37,659 bases of DNA from Trichomonas gallinae (lineage: Eukaryota): assembly GCA_008369845.1 (NCBI GenBank), contig MRSU01001394.1, positions 62,001-99,659 of the forward strand. The letters run 5' to 3'. The notes under the pieces are model-generated. The model did not search any database. It worked only from the letters and a program-made list of their open reading frames with translations, and was not told the DNA's origin. Position 1 is the stretch's first letter. Each line of letters begins with the position of its first letter. Positions 29,966 through 37,659 of this stretch are shown piece after piece. The translations under genes and the position numbers were made by a program.

Positions 29966-30532
29966 TTATTCGAACAAAACAAAGATATTTGAAATAATTA
30001 ATGCGAAAATTGTATATACAATGATTAGTATTAATTTCGTCGTAAATTTTTCTCCACGTCTTGGATTTTGTCCTATGTCTCTAAACATAAGAAGAGGGCC
30101 AACACCGAATGCGAAAAGACCCATGTTCCCCACAACCTCGTTAATCTGATTTTGACCCCCTCTAAGGTGGTTTTCTGCTTCTTGAGCTCTTCTCATGTGT
30201 TCTTCTGTCATTTGAGCTCTTTCTAGATGTGTAAATCCATCGATATCATCATCATCAGAATTTTCTTCTGGATACACAGGCATTGGAGGCTGCTCAGGTA
30301 GAGGAGGAAGAGATTGTAAATCTGGATCAGTTTGTCCTATACCTTTTATCGCTACGAATTTATTTTCTTCAATTTCCTTATCGCAAATTGGACAGTGAGT
30401 ATCATGCTCAAGATGCATGCAGAGGCATCTCCAACAGAATGTATGTCCACAGTTTGCAATAACCGGTGATTTTAGAGATTGTTTACAAATCGGGCAACTC
30501 CACTTTCCCATTTTTGACGAAAAATTTTTCAT
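29966..30532 (-). CDS. C3HC4 RING-finger E3 ligase with C-terminal TM anchor (RNF5/RNF185-like)
   Basis: CPIC...PVIANCGHTFCWRCL...CPIC, FAFGVG and a hydrophobic C-terminus. The true start may be the ATG at 30511 (MGKW). Confidence 0.85.
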   Translation of the reverse strand: MKNFSSKMGKWSCPICKQSLKSPVIANCGHTFCWRCLCMHLEHDTHCPICDKEIEENKFVAIKGIGQTDPDLQSLPPLPEQPPMPVYPEENSDDDDIDGFTHLERAQMTEEHMRRAQEAENHLRGGQNQINEVVGNMGLFAFGVGPLLMFRDIGQNPRRGEKFTTKLILIIVYTIFALIISNIFVLFE

Positions 30533-31136
30533 TCATGTTTCAATCATATTATTGTTTTATATTTCAAATTTTTGATCTTAAAATTTTTACGTCAATTTTT
30601 AAAATTCATGTGCTCAACTAATAATGATCGTGATAATTTTTACCCAAAATGGTAAAATCTGAGATTACAATTTATGACAGTAGTGTAGCAATTCTACAGC
30701 ATAAATCATGCCGATTCTGAAAATTTATATAATTCATTGAAATATTGACTTTACTTGAGATATTTTGTTTCTGAATTCAAGAATCCATAAATACACATGT
30801 ACAACCATACGTTTATAATTTTTTAAATCGATACATTTTTCCAAAATATAATATATAATTCTTTATATAATTGTTGTTGAATGAACCAAACTATATATTA
30901 TTAATCCAATACGTTTTTGGTAAATAGTTATTGTTTTGCTAGTCTTATAGCAGTATTAGAATCTTGATGAAATTTGAAATTATATGATATCGCATGATTT
31001 GATGAAATAATATGGCTCACAATGCTTATATCTCACTATATTTAGTGTCAAATAAAACTTATGTAGAAAAAGAAAAATGCGTTAAATTAACGGCACCTTT
31101 TCGAAAAAAAGTATTTTTTTAAGAAGAGAATATTTA

Positions 31137-31550
31137 ATGTCTCGTTCCAACAAGAAATATATGGATATTCACAGGACAAATCTTCCAGACGAGGTCAAGG
31201 CTCTCATCGATGAAGATGAACTCAAACAGGCAGTTTTAGATGAAGTCGAGAGAAATGCACCAAAGGTTGCAGGCAAGGAAATACACGACAACGCTAGCGT
31301 CAGCGAAATCGAAGACTACTCCGGAATTATCCTTACAGAGGAGGAGAAAGAGGAATATTTGCTCGTCCTCGAATTCCTCGAATCCATCGGATTGAAGTAC
31401 GCCCCAGCCGTTCTTAGGTACGAATCCCAGCACCCAGAGATCGAGGCTAGTCGTAGAGAGTTGGCAAGCAAATTCGACCTTAATGCGAAAAGCAAGGATC
31501 CACTCCTTGTTCAGCTTTTCCAGGAGCGCCTTAACGAATTAAAGCGATAA
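31137..31550 (+). CDS. Small LisH-domain protein (FOP/FOR20/TONNEAU1-like)
   Basis: LLVLEFLESIGLKYAPAVLRYES is a LisH motif, followed by RRELA..F.L...PLLVQL as in FOP-dimer-domain proteins. Confidence 0.7.
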   Translation: MSRSNKKYMDIHRTNLPDEVKALIDEDELKQAVLDEVERNAPKVAGKEIHDNASVSEIEDYSGIILTEEEKEEYLLVLEFLESIGLKYAPAVLRYESQHPEIEASRRELASKFDLNAKSKDPLLVQLFQERLNELKR

Positions 31551-31787
31551 GTGTATTGAAATACGATCAATTACTTAAAGAATGTATTATGTGTGCATAT
31601 TTTATTATTATTTTAAAAACCAACGAATTTTAACATTTAACCCATAATCAGCAGCATAATTTCATCTTTACCCATACTCAAAACAATATGATTGTTATTT
31701 TTTTGATTAAATAAATTATAACGAATACAATCATGACTATATTCCAAAATATATGTAAATTATAGCTATTATCTTCATTTATTTTCA

Positions 31788-33260
31788 ATGACTGAGCTGC
31801 ATCCATCCCTTGTTTTTGTGAATAATGCAAGGACGAGCGGGATAAACGGCGACTATGATGATTGTCTTACAAACTATGCGAATGCGAAGAAAGAAGCAGA
31901 AAAAGAGATAGATTTATGCAGAAATATTTTAGAAAAAGGCAAATGGAATTCATTAGTTAAAGATATCGTGCAAGAAGAAGCAGCTATTCGAAGATTGAAA
32001 TCAACAATTAGCGAAATTACTTCTTTAATGAATGTTGATGATCAACATCGACTATTTAATCAGCAAATGGAACAAATACCAGCAGTACAAACACCAAGTC
32101 GATCAGAGTTTGTTAATACTCCAATTAGAAGACGCCCAAAGGCTGGAGAAAAGCGTCCTTCTTTCTTACCTAAAGAAAAGAGGGCCTCTGTTTCTCCAAA
32201 AAGAGAAGGTTCTCCAACAAGAGCAGAACAACGTCAAGCAATTCACATTGAAGGCTACAAACAGATAAATTTACCAATAAAAAGCAGCAGCCGTGATAAT
32301 TTGAAAGACAAAGAACGTCAACAGAAAGCAGATCCACCAAAGAAAGAAATACCACCAGCAGAAAATCCACTCGTTCAACAAATCATCGATATGGGCATTT
32401 TGGTCAGAGAACCAAATGTTCAATGGGAATCGATTGCTGGCCTGACTCAAGTCAAACGACTTCTTCGCCAAAACCTCGTCATTCTTCCAATGCGTCCTGA
32501 CATTGCAAAAGGATTACTTTCGCCATGGCGTTCAGTTCTCTTCTACGGTCCGCCAGGAACAGGCAAGACTTTCCTCGCAAAAGCTGTTGCCACAGAATGC
32601 AAGCGAACTTTCTTCAATGTCACGTCAGCAACAATCACGTCAAGGTTCTTAGGCGAGAGCGAGAAACTCGTCACTTATCTTTTTAACTTGGCAGAAGAGA
32701 TGCAGCCATCCACGATATTCTTCGATGAGATCGACTCAATTGCTTCTCAGAGAGGCTCACAAGGCGAACATGAAGCGTCAAGGAGAATAAAGGCGCAGCT
32801 TTTAACGAGGCTTGAAGGTATCGATGGAACTGACGCTTCTTCCGTCTTCGTTATGGCAGCTACGAACTTCCCGTGGGACTTAGATGAAGCACTTCTCCGC
32901 CGCTTCCAGAAGCGTGTGTACATCCCATTGCCAGATGAAGCAGGCCGCGAGGCAATTCTCACGATGCACATCGGCGAAAACATGTCTAGTGATTTCGACA
33001 CAGCAGGCTTCGTCAAGAAACTCGAAGGATATTCTTGCGCAGACATTGCTAACCTGTGCAGGGATGTCGCTCAGGCAGCTCTGGACAAGCAGACGGACAA
33101 TCTGGACACTCAGCAGTGGCTATCTATGCCAGCAGAGGATGCAAGAGTTGTTGTGACGAACGCAGACTTTGAGGCTGCGATGAAGAGACGTAAAAGCTCA
33201 GTGGACCCAGCAACAATAAAGAAATACGAACAGTGGAGACAGCTGAAGGGTGCTGAATAA
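31788..33260 (+). CDS. KATNA1: Katanin p60 catalytic subunit-like AAA ATPase
   Basis: N-terminal MIT-like AR..G..GDYD..L..Y. Then PNVQWESIAGL, PWRSVLFYGPPGTGKT.LAKAVATEC, FFDEIDS, EHEASRRIKAQLL and AATNFPWDLDEALLRRFQKRVYIPLP. Confidence 0.88.
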   Translation: MTELHPSLVFVNNARTSGINGDYDDCLTNYANAKKEAEKEIDLCRNILEKGKWNSLVKDIVQEEAAIRRLKSTISEITSLMNVDDQHRLFNQQMEQIPAVQTPSRSEFVNTPIRRRPKAGEKRPSFLPKEKRASVSPKREGSPTRAEQRQAIHIEGYKQINLPIKSSSRDNLKDKERQQKADPPKKEIPPAENPLVQQIIDMGILVREPNVQWESIAGLTQVKRLLRQNLVILPMRPDIAKGLLSPWRSVLFYGPPGTGKTFLAKAVATECKRTFFNVTSATITSRFLGESEKLVTYLFNLAEEMQPSTIFFDEIDSIASQRGSQGEHEASRRIKAQLLTRLEGIDGTDASSVFVMAATNFPWDLDEALLRRFQKRVYIPLPDEAGREAILTMHIGENMSSDFDTAGFVKKLEGYSCADIANLCRDVAQAALDKQTDNLDTQQWLSMPAEDARVVVTNADFEAAMKRRKSSVDPATIKKYEQWRQLKGAE

Positions 33261-33321
33261 AAAAATTTTGTTTGTATTATTCATAAACTTTACTTGGATT
33301 AAACAAAAATAAATAATAAAT

Positions 33322-34368
33322 TTAGTAAGGATAAGGAACACATGGGTCTTCTATAAATGGAATCCATTCCGCTACTTTAGGTTTCTTTGATATTTCGAAC
33401 TGAGAAGATTGCTCGGATGGAATATTCGACAAATATTCTTCCTCTGCAGAATAGTTATGATCAATCTCATCATCTTCTTCCTCTGTAATATCTTCTTCTT
33501 CGATGTTTTCAGTGTCAAAATCATTGAACTGGGCTATCATGGCAAGGATCTGTCTCTCACCGTCAACATCCCTCCTTCTGTCTCTCTCTAAACGGTCTTC
33601 CAAGTCATCGAACTTGATGTTGAACTCTTGGCGCTCAAGTTCTTGCCTTGACGCCAAATCATGTTTCTTCTGGACAATTTCATCGTTCATCCTAAACATA
33701 TATTCTTCTCTTTCTCTTGATTCCATTTCTTGAAGCTCTTCTTTCTGTTTTTCTGCTTCTTGAATTTTATTTCTTGAAATGAGAAGTTTAATGAATGTCC
33801 TTTTGTTTGCAATAGCTTTGCTGTATATTATATTCGCTAATGAGTATGTAATTTCTTGTTCAAGCTGATTTTGTTCTTCTTCAAATTTTTTGTTGAGAAT
33901 ATATTCTTCTTTTTCTCTTTTTTCTGCAAGCTTTGTAGCCTGAGTTTCGTAGTAGTAATTCATATCTTCGAGAGCCTTTTGATGATTGATGTATTGCTTT
34001 TTCAGATCTGTTGAGGAAAGCTTTGCGAGGGAATTCTCTAATGAAGATGTATTACCATGTACCTCAGAAAGCTTATGCAAACGATTAATGTTGTATTTTA
34101 GCTTTGTAACGGTTTGAGAATAATTTCTCGTTATTGCGTCTTGAAGTCTTGCGTTCAACACAAAGTCAAGCTTTGGTATTGCTGATGCGACAATGTGGTC
34201 TATTTCTGCGCCACGCAGAAGGGAATCAACAACATTATTCAGTGTTGTCCATTCCTGGTTGGTAAGTGACATATTTGGCAACTTAGATGCCTTTTTCTCA
34301 ATTGGTGATATGTTTTCGACCATAGGGCTACGACTTCCCTTTGGTGTTTTAACATCATGTGAGCTCAT
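33322..34368 (-). CDS. Hypothetical coiled-coil protein
   Basis: 348-aa ATG ORF with an E/K/Q-rich heptad region and an acidic tail. Confidence 0.8.
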   Translation of the reverse strand: MSSHDVKTPKGSRSPMVENISPIEKKASKLPNMSLTNQEWTTLNNVVDSLLRGAEIDHIVASAIPKLDFVLNARLQDAITRNYSQTVTKLKYNINRLHKLSEVHGNTSSLENSLAKLSSTDLKKQYINHQKALEDMNYYYETQATKLAEKREKEEYILNKKFEEEQNQLEQEITYSLANIIYSKAIANKRTFIKLLISRNKIQEAEKQKEELQEMESREREEYMFRMNDEIVQKKHDLASRQELERQEFNIKFDDLEDRLERDRRRDVDGERQILAMIAQFNDFDTENIEEEDITEEEDDEIDHNYSAEEEYLSNIPSEQSSQFEISKKPKVAEWIPFIEDPCVPYPY

Positions 34369-34455
34369 TTTTCGAAAAATGTAACTTTACATCAGTTTAC
34401 ATGTCAAAAAAAAAAAAAAAAAAAAACAGATAACTTTGGACAGAAATAGTATTTA

Positions 34456-35613
34456 TTAGAGTTTTTCGAAAAGCTCTTGCGCTTCGGCAAGGCCTTTACT
34501 ACATAGCTTCAAACAAAAAGATTTCAAATCCATTTTAATTGCTTGCCCAATTTGAACGGAAGTTTGCTGTAAGATGAATGATGTTAATCTACATAACATT
34601 CTTGCTTCAAACATAAGATTATTTTCATTATTAATATCAATTGTTTTCATTCCATTTGCGATCCATTTATCGATGAATTTCTGAGGCATATTTGGCAACT
34701 TAGAGCAGAACTTGACGATTTCTATTTCACTTAGCGTTATTGGCAGCTCTGCTATACTATCAAAAATTTGGATATGCTTTTTTGACCAAACATCTATATA
34801 CTGTTTCGCTACATTTAAATTGTTCTCTACAATAAACTCTAGTGTTTTATCATCAACGCTGCGTGCAATATCAGGGTATTGTGTAAGCAATTTAATGAGT
34901 TCTTTAGATTCTTTCTCTAATAATTTATTATCCATAGATTTTTTAAATAATGTAATCCCATACTGTTTGATGTCATCAAACAAGAAACTGGGTGTAACAA
35001 ATGAGAATGTTTCAAATTCTTGAGCTTCTTCTATAGTAAATGGTAGGATGTCAGGATATTCGGCTATTTTGGGTGGTGAATATGTTTGTTGTAATTCAAC
35101 TTCTGTTAATAAAATTATGATAAGATCATGATATGAAATAGTATCTCCATCTTCTTTTGAATTAGTATCTACATGCAGTATAGACGGTTTTAAGTCAGAT
35201 TTCGTAACAATCTTTGGTTGTTCTGCATCGATTCTGATATTGAATATTTCATCTATAGTAAAATCATCCAGGTTTACTGGTGTTCCGTTAATTACATTCT
35301 CTAAAATGGATATAAAGTTTTGTGAAAACTCATTTGGGGACTCATAACGAGATTCATATAAGTATAAAAAAAGATTGTAAAATGGATTTGATGAAGTTTG
35401 TCCTGGAAACATAGATACCAGTAAATTGAGTACAATAATTTGTGATGAATATGATAGTATCGAGTTTTGCAACAGAATCGATAAAGAATGAAGGATTTTG
35501 AATTGTTGCGCATCATTAAACTCATTAATGAATGAATTTAAGATAGTGGCCAATTTTTCATGTGAATCTAAGACTAATGTATACACTTTCTCTGCATCTG
35601 TCTTCGAAAGCAT
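34456..35613 (-). CDS. CNOT11: CCR4-NOT subunit CNOT11 (DUF2363)-like protein
   Basis: C-terminal IVENN..VA, LPITLSEIEIV, MPQKFIDKWI.N, ARMLC and DLKSFC...AEAQELF align with the CNOT11 C-terminal domain. The N-terminal NPF..LF also fits. Confidence 0.78.
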   Translation of the reverse strand: MLSKTDAEKVYTLVLDSHEKLATILNSFINEFNDAQQFKILHSLSILLQNSILSYSSQIIVLNLLVSMFPGQTSSNPFYNLFLYLYESRYESPNEFSQNFISILENVINGTPVNLDDFTIDEIFNIRIDAEQPKIVTKSDLKPSILHVDTNSKEDGDTISYHDLIIILLTEVELQQTYSPPKIAEYPDILPFTIEEAQEFETFSFVTPSFLFDDIKQYGITLFKKSMDNKLLEKESKELIKLLTQYPDIARSVDDKTLEFIVENNLNVAKQYIDVWSKKHIQIFDSIAELPITLSEIEIVKFCSKLPNMPQKFIDKWIANGMKTIDINNENNLMFEARMLCRLTSFILQQTSVQIGQAIKMDLKSFCLKLCSKGLAEAQELFEKL

Positions 35614-36466
35614 ATAAATATTTGTCGTTTTGACACTTTACTTGTCATCAACAAGTTTACTTGACAAAAAATAGAGAGCACAATTAGTTGATTTGATTAT
35701 AACTCAAAGCTTATGATAATTATGACGGAATTTTGACCATATCATCAACAAAAAATGCAATTTTGGTTTGATTTCACATTTGAAATTTTCGAAACCGATA
35801 TATTAACCATTCTATTGACAGAATTAGAATAATCATATCATTTGATTGCAACATCCACAATTTAATTTGAAAAATTTGATGTCAAAAAAAAATCCACAAT
35901 TTGAATATAATTAACATATAGGTTTTTCGATAGATTTATATTACCCATAGTCAGTTGAAAATCATTCTTATATTCATGAGCTTTGAACTCTATTTCAGAC
36001 TAAATGCAAAAACAGGAATACCAGATTCGTGGGTATTAGGTTTAAAATACAAACGGGAAGCATGCACTAAATGTTTATACACGAATAACAAAGAAATATG
36101 GGCCCATTATTTTTTATCTAAATAATTTCATATAAAAAAATAAATCCGTGTCACTTTTGTTAATCCCAACATCGAAAATCTTATTCTATATACAATTTAT
36201 ATCAATATTAATTTTCTTTCAAAACTAACTTTATGCACAAAATAATATATTTATTGTAATTGGCATAATTTGATACTTTTCAATATTTTAATATTTCAAT
36301 GGAAGAGACTCAATTTTGAATATTGCCATTCAAAATTGTATTTGAGGATATATTAATGGGATAAAAATCAATATACTAGAGTTCATTATTTCCCGTGTTA
36401 TTTAGAAAAATTGAGAATTTATGCGATTTACAAGAGTTTACAAACCATTAACATATTTAATAGACA

Positions 36467-37659
36467 ATGTCTGAGACCCAAGACAAAATTACTGAATTAG
36501 AAAACCAATTTAAGATTATAAAGAAAGCACTTGTACAATTAACTAATAAATCCGACCCGAAATTACAAGAACTCGAATTCAAAATCAAACAGAATTTAGA
36601 CGAAATCGAAAAAATTCAGGAAGGACTTACAAGTTCAAGAAATTACGTTAATAATGAACTCATGAAATTCAAAGAAATGCTCGAAGCACAGCATGGTGAT
36701 TTGAAATTGATTGTAAATAATTGTATTGAGGAATATATAGGTGATATTAGAGATCATTGTGATGGAATTGATGAAAAAACAGAGAATCTTACTGATAGAA
36801 TTATTATTTTGGAAGCCAATTATACGGCTGTACTTGAAGAACTCCATTCCAAAGTATTTGAAAATGTAACAAACATTGAAGAAAATATTACTAATGTTCA
36901 TAATGAATTTCACGTTATTGAAGGAAAAATAAATGAAGAAGATGAGAAAATTAAACAAAATGAAGATAGAATTAAAGATTTAGAAGAAAAAGCTCAGAAG
37001 CAACAAGAAATCGTCGACAAACAAGAGAAGGATAATGATGCCAAATTCTCAGCTTTGGCAATACAAATCCAGGAATTGCAGGGTCAGCATAGTCCTGATT
37101 GTCTCGAAAGTTTGAATGATAAAATCCAGAATCAAGATAATGTTGCAAATCAACTTCAACAACAAATTAATGACTTAAAACAAGTCACAGAAAACCGTGA
37201 CAATATTAACGAGGAGAAGACAAAAACAAATGCAGATGATATCAAAGCTTTAAATGATTTAGTTAAAAATATGAATGATAAAATTAACGAAAATGATGAA
37301 AAGAACAATAAGAATCAACAAATCAATGACAATAGAAATAATAAAAATGAAGATGATATTAAAAATCTCCAAGAAAAATTAAATCAAATCGGAATTGATA
37401 TGAAAGAAAGACAAAATGAAGCTCAGTCAAAGTTTATTAAAAATGATGAAGACATCAATGGAATAAAAGACGATGTTTCGAAATTAAAAGATAAACAAAA
37501 TAATATTGAAGAAACGAATAAGTTCCATGGTGATTCAATTAAAGCTTTAGAAGAACGTGTGGCGAAGAATGAGTTGAACGACAATGCCCAAGACGAGGCT
37601 CTGAAGGCACTTGAAGACAAGGTTAACGCCAACGCAGACAAGGACAATGCCCAAGACGA
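36467..37659 (+). CDS. Long coiled-coil protein, N-terminal part (runs off the window end)
   Basis: Absent from the ORF track because it has no stop. Open from ATG 36467 (MSETQDKITELENQF...) for 397 codons to the window edge, with N/D/E/K/Q-rich heptads. Confidence 0.85.
   Translation, partial: MSETQDKITELENQFKIIKKALVQLTNKSDPKLQELEFKIKQNLDEIEKIQEGLTSSRNYVNNELMKFKEMLEAQHGDLKLIVNNCIEEYIGDIRDHCDGIDEKTENLTDRIIILEANYTAVLEELHSKVFENVTNIEENITNVHNEFHVIEGKINEEDEKIKQNEDRIKDLEEKAQKQQEIVDKQEKDNDAKFSALAIQIQELQGQHSPDCLESLNDKIQNQDNVANQLQQQINDLKQVTENRDNINEEKTKTNADDIKALNDLVKNMNDKINENDEKNNKNQQINDNRNNKNEDDIKNLQEKLNQIGIDMKERQNEAQSKFIKNDEDINGIKDDVSKLKDKQNNIEETNKFHGDSIKALEERVAKNELNDNAQDEALKALEDKVNANADKDNAQD
37580..37659 (+). 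repeat. Start of a 63-bp (21-aa) intragenic tandem repeat
   Basis: GACAATGCCCAAGACGA occurs at 37580 and 37643; the unit encodes DNAQDEALKALEDKVNANADK. Confidence 0.7.

Noticed and set aside
34406..34426. A21 run (and T17 at 15503-15519) as a retroposon tail
   Set aside because: No target-site duplication or element body. On the minus strand the A21 run is a U-rich tract just downstream of the CNOT11 stop.
36635..37647. Minus-strand ORFs 36635..36958 and 37423..37647
   Set aside because: Antisense shadows of the long plus-strand coiled-coil ORF.
1..37659. Spliceosomal introns, tRNA/rRNA genes, transposons (Maverick, mariner)
   Set aside because: I saw no ACTAAC-N-AG branch/acceptor motif paired with a donor, no tRNA or rRNA signatures, and no transposase, integrase or terminal inverted repeats. 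This was by eye only, so short features may be missed.

Overview
AT-rich, gene-dense eukaryotic DNA with no introns detected, most likely from a parabasalid protist (Trichomonas vaginalis or a close relative). This is inferred from TCA(Y)(T/A) initiator elements near start codons, AAAGTGAC motifs, TAAA signals overlapping stop codons, very short intergenic spaces and typical expanded gene families. About 26 protein-coding genes are supported. Recognisable ones are Utp21/WDR36 (partial), three GT61/DUF563 glycosyltransferases, Mo25, a CaaX-tailed EF-hand protein, a stand-alone HPt protein, a pseudokinase, an amino-acid transporter, a nucleoplasmin-like protein, a MOK-type kinase, an ankyrin protein, SAPS-like, CLASP-like, an atypical two-domain E2F, TMEM170-like, RPAP3-like, an RNF5-like RING protein, a LisH protein, katanin p60, CNOT11 and a partial coiled-coil repeat protein. 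I found no rRNA, tRNA, CRISPR array or mobile element. The best leads are the stand-alone His-phosphotransfer protein, a recurring TTTAC-N-TGTCA upstream motif (tandemly triplicated at one site), two ultra-compact bidirectional promoters, a possible divergent Dsn1, and an amplified motif array in RPAP3. All family calls come from recognising motifs by eye; no database searches were run.
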